A stretch of DNA of 64,000 nt from an uncultured bacterium. Its GTDB lineage: Bacteria > Armatimonadota > Abditibacteriia > Abditibacteriales > Abditibacteriaceae. The stretch spans positions 1,488,001-1,552,000 of the forward strand of contig CAWJLW010000006.1 in assembly GCA_963843795.1 (NCBI GenBank), given 5' to 3'. The first letter of the stretch is position 1; each line of letters begins with the position of its first letter. Shown piece after piece: positions 30,363-39,052 of this stretch. The notes beneath the pieces are model-generated. The model made no database searches and was not told the origin of the DNA. It saw only the letters and a list, made by a program, of their open reading frames with translations. A program made the translations under genes and the position numbers.

Positions 30363-31670
30363 ATGCGTGTAGAGATGAGATTTGGACGTGGAGCACTGGA
30401 TCTCTGGCTCGATGACAGCTTAGATGTGCAGGTTTTACATCTTAATCCTTTGCCGCCTCTGAAAAATGCACCAGACGCCATCGCTGCCGCGTTACGCGCA
30501 CCTATTGGATGCGCGCCCTTGAGTGAGATGGCGCGCGGGCGCAATTCGGCGTGCCTTGTGATCTGCGATATCACGCGTCCCGTCCCCAATGCTCTGCTCC
30601 TGACCCCGATGTTGCAATGCCTGCTCGATGCCGGCATCGAGCGCGATGCCATTACAATTCTGGTGGCGACCGGTCTGCATCGCCCCAATTGGGGCGATGA
30701 GTTGGAGGAAATGATTGGCAGCGAAATCAAGGAGCATTATCGCGTTCTCAATCACGATGCGCGCGACAGCAGCCAACAGCAGGATTTGGGCAATATAAGC
30801 TTTGATTACGAAGGCGAAACGCAAAGCGCGCGCGTAGCGCTCAATCGCGCTTATTGCCAGAGCGATTTAAAAATTACCACCGGTCTCATTGAACCTCACT
30901 TGATGGCGGGTTACTCTGGTGGCCGCAAACTGGTGTGTCCTGGAATCGCCTCGGCACCAACCATTATGCAGTTTCATGCTCCACCAATGATCGGACACTC
31001 CAAAGCTCACGCGGGCAATCTGCGCGACAATCCGGTGAACGCGATGAGCCGCGCCGTCGCTGGTCACATCGGTGTTGATTTCATAGCCAATGTTACTCTC
31101 AGTGAAGACCGGCAGGTGACCGGTGTGTTTTGCGGCGATCTGGACGCAGCACACCAAGAGGGCGTGGCTCATGTTGAGCGCAGCAGCAAGGTTGAGTGTC
31201 GTCTTGCTGATATTGTGGTCACTTCAGGCGCAGGTTATCCGCTCGATACGACGCTGTATCAAATCGTCAAGGGCATGGTCGGTGCGCTGCCCGCTGTACG
31301 CGAAGGTGGTACCATTATTATTTCAGCCGCGATGAGCGAGGGCATTGGTGGTCCGGAATTTACCCAGATGTGTCGTGAAGTCGATGGCGTTGAAAATTTC
31401 CTCCAGCGCCTTTATCACAGCGAAGTCGTTATAGACCAATGGCAACTCCAAGAAATGATGCAGGTCTTGCAGAAATGTCGCGTCATTATCGTTACCCAGA
31501 ATTCAGCCAACGACGAATTTTTGCGCGGCTGTCTTTTAGAACCAATGCGCAATTTACAAGATGCGTTCGAAGCCGCGCTCGAACAACATGGTAACAATGC
31601 CAAGATTACCGTAATTCCTGAAGGGCCATACGTCACTCCAGCCCCTCAACATGGTCTTGTTGCAGCGTAA
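30363..31670 (+). CDS. LarA-family nickel-pincer racemase/epimerase homologue
   Basis: DITRPVP, ATGLHR, NHDA, PHLMAGYSGGRK, GYPLD..YQ.VKG; substrate not assignable. Confidence 0.85.
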   Translation: MRVEMRFGRGALDLWLDDSLDVQVLHLNPLPPLKNAPDAIAAALRAPIGCAPLSEMARGRNSACLVICDITRPVPNALLLTPMLQCLLDAGIERDAITILVATGLHRPNWGDELEEMIGSEIKEHYRVLNHDARDSSQQQDLGNISFDYEGETQSARVALNRAYCQSDLKITTGLIEPHLMAGYSGGRKLVCPGIASAPTIMQFHAPPMIGHSKAHAGNLRDNPVNAMSRAVAGHIGVDFIANVTLSEDRQVTGVFCGDLDAAHQEGVAHVERSSKVECRLADIVVTSGAGYPLDTTLYQIVKGMVGALPAVREGGTIIISAAMSEGIGGPEFTQMCREVDGVENFLQRLYHSEVVIDQWQLQEMMQVLQKCRVIIVTQNSANDEFLRGCLLEPMRNLQDAFEAALEQHGNNAKITVIPEGPYVTPAPQHGLVAA

Positions 31671-31678
31671 AGAAGTTG

Positions 31679-31721
31679 TGTTAGTGTTTTGCTTTAAAGT
31701 CCTTGAAGCAAAACACTAACA
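31679..31721. terminator. Bidirectional hairpin between the convergent larA-like gene and panC
   Basis: tgttagtgttttgctt ... aagcaaaacactaaca, 16-bp arms. Confidence 0.7.
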
Positions 31722-31772
31722 TCTCTAGATTACTAAATTGAATGTTTTGTGTGCATTTAAAATGGCTGCTTT

Positions 31773-32636
31773 TCATTCAATTGAAAGCGAAACATTATCA
31801 ATGAGCCGCGTGTGTCCTAAATGAGCAGCAACTAGAATACGCAAAGGAAGATGTGTGATCTCGAGCACAGGTTGTAAGGTCTGGTCATCAACAATCGTCA
31901 GGTACTGAATTTTGACCTGCGGTTCGGCATCGATTGCGGTTTGCATTTTTTCGCCCAAACGCACAACATTACGTTCACCGGCTTGTGCGTGTTCGACCCC
32001 AAGTTTCAGAGCGCGATATAAGACCGGTGCAGCCGCGCGTTCAGCATCCGATAGGTAAGCGTTACGACTGGACAAAGCAAGGCCATCGGCCTCGCGCACT
32101 GTTGGGACCGGCACGATTTCAAGAGGAAAATTAAGATCATGCACCATCGCTTGAATGGCACGTAGCTGCTGAAAATCTTTTTCTCCGAAATAAGCACGCG
32201 TTGGCATGATCAGATGAAACAGCTTGCAAACAACAGTAGTAACGCCACTCAGATGACCGGGACGAACCGCGCCTTCCCACATTTCGCCCAGCGTCAAAAC
32301 TTCAACAACCGTCTGACTCGCCAAGCGGCCTGCCACACTGCTCTTTCCATACATTTCCTCCGCAGCCGGCGCAAAGATGATGTCGCAACCCGCCGCTTCA
32401 AGCAAATCGCAATCGCGCTCAAAGGGCCGAGGATAACGCTGCAAATCTTCACTGGGGCCAAATTGCAATGGATTGACAAAAATCGACGCCACCAGCACCT
32501 GATTTTCAGCACGCGCACGCTTAACTAACTTCAAATGTCCCGCGTGCAAGGCACCCATAGTAGGCACTAAACCAATGGTGCCCGCGGTCTGCAACGCCAA
32601 CTGTTGCATTTCTTTAACAGATCGAATAATTCGCAT
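31773..32636 (-). CDS. panC: Pantoate--beta-alanine ligase
   Basis: VPTMGALHAGH, SIFVNPLQF, FGEKDFQQ, DGLALSSRN, TRLIDN. Confidence 0.97.
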   Translation of the reverse strand: MRIIRSVKEMQQLALQTAGTIGLVPTMGALHAGHLKLVKRARAENQVLVASIFVNPLQFGPSEDLQRYPRPFERDCDLLEAAGCDIIFAPAAEEMYGKSSVAGRLASQTVVEVLTLGEMWEGAVRPGHLSGVTTVVCKLFHLIMPTRAYFGEKDFQQLRAIQAMVHDLNFPLEIVPVPTVREADGLALSSRNAYLSDAERAAAPVLYRALKLGVEHAQAGERNVVRLGEKMQTAIDAEPQVKIQYLTIVDDQTLQPVLEITHLPLRILVAAHLGHTRLIDNVSLSIE

Positions 32637-32858
32637 AGTCAAATCTTCGCAGCGCCCCTTGTATCACTGCAAGTACTTGCATCTGGCCTCTTAACGAAAT
32701 ACACGGGCGATAAAAAACGCAAGCCACTTACTTGTTACCCGCCTTTCCCGATTCCAATATCCATGACATCAAAATGACTATATCAACAAAATTTCGTTTT
32801 GTGTGTATTTAAAATGATATTTGTCTATTAAAAATCGTGGCCGTTGCTCCTTGTGCAA

Positions 32859-33419
32859 TCAGGCATTATCTTTCCATTTGATATTGCAGCCGATGCTCGG
32901 TTTTTGCACGCCTTCGACCGCACGGTTTTCAAGTGCGGCGTCGAGTGCAGCGCGCAAATCTCGGCCTGTGACAGGGATTTCGGTGTGGCGACGCGAATCG
33001 TCCATCTGGCCCCGATAAATCAGTTTATGTTCGCGGTCGAACACGAAAAAATCGGGCGTGCAAGCGGCTTTGTAGGCACGCGCGATTTGCTGCGTTTCGT
33101 CGTAAAGATACGGAAAATGGTAATCGGCATCAAGTGCTTCTTGGGTCATTAATTCTGGTGAATCGTCAGGATAAGCATCGGCATCATTAGCCGAAATCGC
33201 AACGATTGCAACGCCCTTAGCGACATATTCATTGGCCAATTTAGCCCAGCCGTCACGTATATGCTTGACATAGGGGCAATGATTGCAGATGAAAGCGACC
33301 AAAAGCGGCTGGCCGACAAATTGAGTTTTCGCAATGATGCGGCCCGAAACAGTATCGGGCAGAGAAAATTCGGGCGCGGGCGTGCCAAGCGGCACCATCA
33401 TGGATTCGGTGCGAGACAT
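32859..33419 (-). CDS. Thioredoxin-fold (AhpC/TSA-like) protein
   Basis: FICNHCPYV, AACTPDFF, YRGQMDD, SIGCNIKW. Confidence 0.9.
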   Translation of the reverse strand: MSRTESMMVPLGTPAPEFSLPDTVSGRIIAKTQFVGQPLLVAFICNHCPYVKHIRDGWAKLANEYVAKGVAIVAISANDADAYPDDSPELMTQEALDADYHFPYLYDETQQIARAYKAACTPDFFVFDREHKLIYRGQMDDSRRHTEIPVTGRDLRAALDAALENRAVEGVQKPSIGCNIKWKDNA

Positions 33420-33469
33420 AAATTCTCCTGTGAATTACTGGATTAATGGGAAAGATTTTAGCACGAAAG

Positions 33470-33507
33470 CAAAAACGCTCCTGCAACTACTTGCAGGAGC
33501 GTTTTTG
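33470..33507 (-). terminator. tmRNA terminator hairpin centred on variant core GCAACTACTTGC
   Basis: caaaaacgctcctgcaact|acttgcaggagcgtttttg, 3 nt past the tmRNA 3' end. Confidence 0.8.
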
Positions 33508-33510
33508 AAA

Positions 33511-33867
33511 TGGAGGCGGCGAGAATTGAACTCGCGTCCGCAAAGTGAACTACAGTGGCGTCTACAGGCATAGTCGCGCTTTAATTTAAACGTACAGCAT
33601 CCGCGCGACTTGGAAACTGTGCATCGAGTTCACGTTTATGCCAGCCACATGGTTTGGAGCGAACAATCCGTTCATGTGACATCCGTCTAAATGATGCGAA
33701 GAGGAACCGACGGACAAATCATCTCAACGCAAGGCTGCGCTTAGGCAGCCAGAGCCAGCTGAGGCTGGGTGTTATTGGCAGTTAAAGTTATTTCCCCGTT
33801 TAACGAGTCTGAGAAACTCGGCCCGCAACCACGGCTTTCAGGCTCCACGTCGAAACCTGTCGCCCCC
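33511..33867 (-). ncRNA. ssrA: tmRNA; tag peptide ANNTQPQLALAA* (33779-33741)
   Basis: 5' GGGGGCG..GGTTTCGAC pairs with 3' CGCCTCCA (G3.U wobble); T-arm GCGAGTTCAATTCTCGC; internal ORF ends ALAA; CCA tail not encoded. Confidence 0.96.
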
Positions 33868-33971
33868 AAGAAGTAGCTCTGTCATAACGTTTCAAAGCTG
33901 GCTTTCGTTCCCCAATTTTACGATAAAAAACGCGCTGCCGCAAGTACTTGCAGCAGCATAAAGCAAGAGAA

Positions 33972-34904
33972 TCACCATTTTCTGGCCCAATCGGGCGCTT
34001 TGGTTCTTCTGGGTTTGGCCGCGTTGAAATCGGCCACTTCTATGAAGCGCAATTCGCCGGAGTATAAACTATCAAGAGTGAAAATTTTGCCGGCTTTTGC
34101 ACAAACCAGTCGCTCGCGCTTGTCCCAATCCGCCCAATCCACGCTTTCAATTGTAACCGCCGTTTTTTGGTGGTTGTCCCTTATCTGAAAAGTCCGCGTG
34201 TTTTCCTGATAGTGAGCATAAATCGAAGTCATAATGAGCGAGCAAGAACCGTTGGCATTGGTTTTTTCATGAACGGTGCGAATATAAGCCGGAGTGTGAA
34301 GCGGGCAACTGGGGTCGGTAGGTTCTACTGAAACTGTGTTGTCTGGCTGTCGACGCAACAACGGAATCGAACCCCACGGATAGGCTTGAACAGCATTCCA
34401 ACCGCTACTTTCCCAGCGAGATAATTCGTGCCATTTATGATCCTGCGTCGGATGTTCGCAATCGACTTCAAAATCCTGTGGTAAAGTCGAGCTAACAGTG
34501 ACTTCTCCTTGATACCAAAAATTCTGGTTAATCCATAATTGAGTATCGGTTTCAAACCGCCCGCCGCCGTAGTACGTGTTTCCATTGGGCCAGACAGATA
34601 AAGCTGTCAGCCACGGAATTTTGCTGATTGCTGTCCATGGATTGGGAAAATCATGGTTTATGCTACCGGCGGAATAATCGGCAGCGAAATAGATCAACTT
34701 CGTGCCGTCGGGCGAGAGATCACTGCGCTCAGGATAGATTTGGCCGTGAAACCAGGCACCCGCTTCAAAAGTATCTGCATTGGTGTTCCATTTGATGATC
34801 TGCGTCCACTTGCTGGGGCCGCGACGAAAAATCACGCCAATCGGCGCTTGTCGGGCCAAAATAATCGAGAGCCGACACGGAACAGGAAAAGTTGAAGGCA
34901 TCAT
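33972..34904 (-). CDS. Hypothetical protein (Trp-rich, possibly beta-propeller-like)
   Basis: 310-aa ORF; VIFRRGPSKW, DLSPDG, WTAISK; no family assigned. Confidence 0.7.
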   Translation of the reverse strand: MMPSTFPVPCRLSIILARQAPIGVIFRRGPSKWTQIIKWNTNADTFEAGAWFHGQIYPERSDLSPDGTKLIYFAADYSAGSINHDFPNPWTAISKIPWLTALSVWPNGNTYYGGGRFETDTQLWINQNFWYQGEVTVSSTLPQDFEVDCEHPTQDHKWHELSRWESSGWNAVQAYPWGSIPLLRRQPDNTVSVEPTDPSCPLHTPAYIRTVHEKTNANGSCSLIMTSIYAHYQENTRTFQIRDNHQKTAVTIESVDWADWDKRERLVCAKAGKIFTLDSLYSGELRFIEVADFNAAKPRRTKAPDWARKW

Positions 34905-35013
34905 TAACTCTGTAAATTTTACCTATTGACAACTTTATTCTACCGAACGCCGCTCAGACGACGGTGCCAGTACTTGCGGGACAAGCCGTGATGTCGTGTT
35001 AAAATGCGCTGTA

Positions 35014-35751
35014 ATGGAAAAACATTCACCAGCGATTCGCGCACGCAATCTCGCGCGTCATTATGGCGTTGCGCAGCAACAAGTGCGCGCTTTGGATGGC
35101 GTCGATTTGGAAATCGCGCAGGGCGAATTTGTCGCGCTCGTCGGGCCTTCGGGTTCGGGGAAATCAACGCTTTTAAACTTAATTGGTGGTTTGGATCGAC
35201 CCAGTGCGGGCGAAATCTGGGTCGGCGATTTGGAACTTGGTCAAGCTAACGACAAAGCATTAGTGCGTTATCGGCGCGAGCGCATCGGTTTCATCTTTCA
35301 AAGTTTCAATTTGCTGACCATGCGCACCGCGCTGGAAAACGTCGAAATGCCGCTGATTTTAAGCGAAGTCGCGCCCAAGAAACGGCGCGAACGGGCGCGC
35401 GAATTATTGACGGCGGTGGGTTTGGCGGCGCGCGAGGCACATCGGCCCAATCAGATGTCGGGTGGCGAAATGCAGCGCGTGGCAGTCGCTCGTGCGCTGG
35501 CCAATCGGCCTCAAGTACTTTTGGCGGATGAGCCGACCGGCAATCTCGATTCACGCACTGGAACGGACGTCATGAATTTGCTGCGCGACGCGGTGCGCGG
35601 CGAAAAAGTGACGCTGGTTTTGGTGACGCACGATAGCGATGTGGCGGCGTTTGCCGACCGCGTGGTGCATTTGCGCGATGGACAAATTCAGCGCATTGAA
35701 ATTAATGCGCGCGAAAACGCGGTGCAAGTACTTGCAGGGGAGAATTCGTGA
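35014..35751 (+). CDS. ABC transporter ATP-binding protein (LolD/MacB type)
   Basis: GPSGSGKST, MSGGEMQR, LADEPTGNLD, VTHD. Confidence 0.93.
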   Translation: MEKHSPAIRARNLARHYGVAQQQVRALDGVDLEIAQGEFVALVGPSGSGKSTLLNLIGGLDRPSAGEIWVGDLELGQANDKALVRYRRERIGFIFQSFNLLTMRTALENVEMPLILSEVAPKKRRERARELLTAVGLAAREAHRPNQMSGGEMQRVAVARALANRPQVLLADEPTGNLDSRTGTDVMNLLRDAVRGEKVTLVLVTHDSDVAAFADRVVHLRDGQIQRIEINARENAVQVLAGENS

Positions 35752-37025
35752 AATTGCGCGATAAAACGAGTCTGGCGTGGTCGAATTTGGGACGACGCAA
35801 GGCGCGCACGCTCTTAACAGCGACCGGCGTTGTGGTCGGTATAGTGACGGTCGTGACGATGGTTTCGCTGATTAACGGCGTGCAAAATCAGGTGCGGCAG
35901 CAGTTTGAAAAATTGGGCTTGGATCGCGTTGTCGTTTCTCCACCGAGCGAAGGCGGCGGTGGTGGATTTCCGGGTTTCAATCCGTTTGGTGGCGGCGACC
36001 GCAGCAAAATTATCACCAATAAAGACATCGCGCGCTGGAAAACCTGGCCACAAGTGACTGAAGCCTTACCGAATATTGATTTGCCCTTTGGCGTGCAGGC
36101 GCGCTGGAAATTAAAGTCAAGCGAGAAAAAAGATGTCGGCGTACGTTTGGGCGGCGATGCCGACCGGCGCGGCTTGATGAATGAAAATGCCGAAGCAGTC
36201 GCGGGCAATGTTGAGCGCAAGTTGCAAGCGGGCGAAATCGTGGTCAGCCAAGGCGCAGTCAAAAACTTAAAAACGGCGCTTTCCCCCCAACAAATCATTG
36301 GTCAGATAGCGAAAGTCAAGCTGATTGCACCACGGAATCAAAGTCAAAGCTACACCTTTAAGATTATCGGCGTATCCAATCAGCGCGTGCCAGTTTTGCA
36401 AATCGCAACGCCGGATCGTTTAAAAATGAAAATCTGGTGGAACGATGACCCAAATGCGTTGAAAATTGATGGCTATGATAGCGTGACTTTGCGCTCGCAG
36501 GACGTGAGCAGCGCGCGCGCTTTGGTTGCGCGACTAAAAAAAGAGAAGTGGCAAGTTCTGTCGATTGATGCACTGCTCGAAGCAGCAGATCGCATTTTCA
36601 CGCTTGTCGGCGTGGCGCTGACGCTGGTAGGTGGAATTGCACTTTTCGTGGCGGCGATTGGCATCGTAAACACGATGATCATGGCGATCTACGAGCGCAC
36701 GCGCGAAATTGGCACGCTCAAAGCGATGGGCGCTTCACGCGCGGATATCCGCACGCTGTTTATGATGGAAGCCGGAATGATCGGTTTGCTGGGTGGCGTT
36801 TTGGGCTTAGGTTTCAGTTGGCTTTTGGGTCGCGGCTTGAACGCCGCAGCGGGCATTTATGCTCGCACGCGCGATGTTCCTCTACCCGACAATCTGTTCC
36901 TCATCACGCCGATTTTGGCGCTCGAAGCGATAGCATTTGCAATTTTTATCGGTGTGGTTGCTGGCTTGTATCCGGCCAATCGCGCTTCAAAACTTGATCC
37001 GCTCAATGCGCTGCGCCACGAATAA
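35748..37025 (+). CDS. ABC transporter permease (MacB/FtsX type)
   Basis: GIVNTM...ERTREIG.LKAMGA, YPANRASKLDP..ALRHE; overlaps the ATPase stop. Confidence 0.92.
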   Translation: MKLRDKTSLAWSNLGRRKARTLLTATGVVVGIVTVVTMVSLINGVQNQVRQQFEKLGLDRVVVSPPSEGGGGGFPGFNPFGGGDRSKIITNKDIARWKTWPQVTEALPNIDLPFGVQARWKLKSSEKKDVGVRLGGDADRRGLMNENAEAVAGNVERKLQAGEIVVSQGAVKNLKTALSPQQIIGQIAKVKLIAPRNQSQSYTFKIIGVSNQRVPVLQIATPDRLKMKIWWNDDPNALKIDGYDSVTLRSQDVSSARALVARLKKEKWQVLSIDALLEAADRIFTLVGVALTLVGGIALFVAAIGIVNTMIMAIYERTREIGTLKAMGASRADIRTLFMMEAGMIGLLGGVLGLGFSWLLGRGLNAAAGIYARTRDVPLPDNLFLITPILALEAIAFAIFIGVVAGLYPANRASKLDPLNALRHE

Positions 37026-37102
37026 ACATGAATAAAAAGAAAAACGCCGTGACTCCATCCAAAGTCACGGCGTTTTCTGGTCTGCAAGTACTTGCGGGGC
37101 AT

Positions 37103-38011
37103 TTAAATGCGGCGCAGCGAAGTGGCAGCGATGCGACCGTTGCGAACGACGCCCTCAACGCGCACATTTTGACCGACGCGGAAATCTTCACTGCTGCGAT
37201 AATACACCGTGTAGCTGCGACCATTTTCGGCGTTTACCAGCAAGGTATCGCTGCGAGTATCGATGCGAGCGATGCGGGCGTTGAAACTGACCGTGCGACC
37301 TTCAGCGTAATCACCGCTGTCGTTGTTGTTGCGAACCAGGATTACGCGCGCATTAGTGATGCGATCGTTACGCAAATCGCCGCTTACGCGAACGCGGTCT
37401 CCACGGTCGATATTGCGCAAATCGCTGTTGGTATCAACGACGTAAGTGCGACCATTAGACGCGCGAACGCGCAAGCGAGTCGCGCTATCGACGTTGACCA
37501 CGACGCCTTCCGAATTGATACGGCGGTCATCGTTGTTGCCACCGCGATTATCCAGAATGCGTACGGTGTCGGCAATAAAAATCCCGTTGCGATTGACTCC
37601 AGTCACCCGAACGCGGTCACCACGACTCAAACGATTCGGTTCCGCACCCTCAACGCGCACCGTCACCGAACGCCCATTATCAGTGCGCAACTCGAATGAG
37701 CGGCCTGCATAATCACGCGTCACCACACCTTCCAAAGTGCGCTCGTTGCGATAATCGCCGCGGTCACGGTCATCGCGGTCACGGTCATCACGGTCATGAT
37801 CGTCGCCATCACGGTCATCGCGGTCACGGTCATCGCGGCCATATTTGTCCTTCTTGTCTTTTTTATCCTTTTTATCCTTATCGCGGTATCCATAGGCCGG
37901 AGCGTGCTTGGGTGGCTTGGCCTGTGCGTTCACAAGAGGAAAACCCATCACGCCAACGGTGGTCACAACAGTGGCAATGCGATTTAAATTCCAACGATAT
38001 GTCGTTTTCAT
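37103..38011 (-). CDS. Secreted protein with charged DDRDR tract and three ~65-aa OB-fold-like (DUF5666-like) repeats
   Basis: Signal peptide ending AQA; repeats xGVV..NGR(S/T)Y.V...GDRVRV.G...NG.I.A. Confidence 0.75.
   Translation of the reverse strand: MKTTYRWNLNRIATVVTTVGVMGFPLVNAQAKPPKHAPAYGYRDKDKKDKKDKKDKYGRDDRDRDDRDGDDHDRDDRDRDDRDRGDYRNERTLEGVVTRDYAGRSFELRTDNGRSVTVRVEGAEPNRLSRGDRVRVTGVNRNGIFIADTVRILDNRGGNNDDRRINSEGVVVNVDSATRLRVRASNGRTYVVDTNSDLRNIDRGDRVRVSGDLRNDRITNARVILVRNNNDSGDYAEGRTVSFNARIARIDTRSDTLLVNAENGRSYTVYYRSSEDFRVGQNVRVEGVVRNGRIAATSLRRI
37760..37838. repeat. Imperfect 15-bp tandem repeat encoding DDRDR
   Basis: gcggtcacggtcatc-like units. Confidence 0.75.
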
Positions 38012-38103
38012 CAACTTTCACTTCCTTAAAGTTTTGCTCTCTCTCAACTGAGCCTAACGACGGCAACTTTTGAAAAATCGTTCATATTTTTATGACAATT
38101 GCC

Positions 38104-38139
38104 AAAATAGCCGCTGCAAGTATTTGCAGCGGCTATTTT
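38104..38139. terminator. Hairpin after murQ centred on GCAAGTATTTGC
   Basis: aaaatagccgctgcaagt|atttgcagcggctatttt. Confidence 0.75.
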
Positions 38140-38153
38140 TCTCTTCCAAACAT

Positions 38154-38987
38154 TCAACGCGCCTGGCGATGCAGCCATTCCAGCGCACAGCGAATGTCGC
38201 CTTCGCAGTGCTCCAGGGCTTCGCGCGCAGTTTTTTCATCGACTTTGGCCAGCCACATCACGTTGCGACAGGCGCGCGCGACGAGCTTTTCGCACCACGG
38301 CTGCATATCGGACATCGTGTTGCCCTCGACGCGGCCCAAGCGCACCATGACACCGGTTGAAATCATATTCAAAACCAGTTTCTGCGCCGTGCCTGCTTTC
38401 AAGCGGGTCGAACCGGTCAAAGCTTCAGGACCGACGACCGGCGCCATATAAACATCGCAATGTTCGCGCAGCGCGCCGCCTTCATTAACCGAAATTCCGC
38501 CCGTCCACGCGCCAATTTTGCGCGCCCATTTTAGAGCACCAATCACATACGGTGTGCGCCCCGAAGCCGCCAATCCGACGACCGCATCTCGCTCCGTCAC
38601 TTCATGTTCGCGCAGCGCTTGGGCACCGGCTTCACTATCATCTTCCGCGCCTTCGACCGAGCGGAAAACCGCGTTCGGGCCGCCTGCGATAATGCCTTGC
38701 ACCAGTTCCGGCGGCGTACCGAAAGTCGGCGGACATTCGCTGGCATCGACAACGCCCAGACGGCCTGAAGTGCCCGCGCCGATATAAAACAAGCGCCCAC
38801 CATTTTCCAGACGCGCCGCAATCGCTTCGACGGCGCGCGCAATTTCATCCACGACAAGTCGCACGGCAGGTGCGACGCGCTGATCTTCATCATTGATAAG
38901 CAAAAGCGCCTCGCGCGTCGAAACTTTGGACAATTCGCGCGTTTTTGGGTTGGCAGCTTCAGTAGGTAATTGATCGAATTCGTTCAT
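38154..38987 (-). CDS. murQ: N-acetylmuramic acid 6-phosphate etherase
   Basis: TEAANP, GAGTSGRLG..DASECPPTFG, GSTRLKAGTAQK. Confidence 0.96.
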   Translation of the reverse strand: MNEFDQLPTEAANPKTRELSKVSTREALLLINDEDQRVAPAVRLVVDEIARAVEAIAARLENGGRLFYIGAGTSGRLGVVDASECPPTFGTPPELVQGIIAGGPNAVFRSVEGAEDDSEAGAQALREHEVTERDAVVGLAASGRTPYVIGALKWARKIGAWTGGISVNEGGALREHCDVYMAPVVGPEALTGSTRLKAGTAQKLVLNMISTGVMVRLGRVEGNTMSDMQPWCEKLVARACRNVMWLAKVDEKTAREALEHCEGDIRCALEWLHRQAR

Positions 38988-39002
38988 ATTTACTCCAACT
39001 AA

Positions 39003-39048
39003 AATCAGCAAAGCGCTCTGCAAGTACTTGCAGAGCGCTTTGCTGATT
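39003..39048. repeat. 46-bp perfect palindrome between argS and murQ centred on GCAAGTACTTGC
   Basis: aatcagcaaagcgctctgcaagt|acttgcagagcgctttgctgatt. Confidence 0.88.
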
Positions 39049-39052
39049 CAAA

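Larger units (their letters stand above)
14993..32816. repeat. Dispersed ~21-nt motif CATTTTAAATGCACACAAAAC just 3' of genes (6 copies)
   Basis: + strand at about 14993, 18511, 20241, 23315; - strand at 31741-31764 and 32796-32816. Confidence 0.8.

Noticed and set aside
30363..31670. Calling this gene lactate racemase larA
   Set aside because: The family includes many other racemases/epimerases and no larB/C/E genes are in the window
33420..33520. Integrative element at the tmRNA 3' end
   Set aside because: No integrase or duplicated tmRNA 3' fragment; ordinary genes follow
33511..33545. tRNA gene suggested by the T-arm sequence
   Set aside because: It is the tRNA-like domain of tmRNA
37028..37699. 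Long antisense ORFs (also 45659-46555, 40868-41629, 54182-55003)
   Set aside because: Shadows of well-supported genes on the opposite strand, with no recognisable motifs
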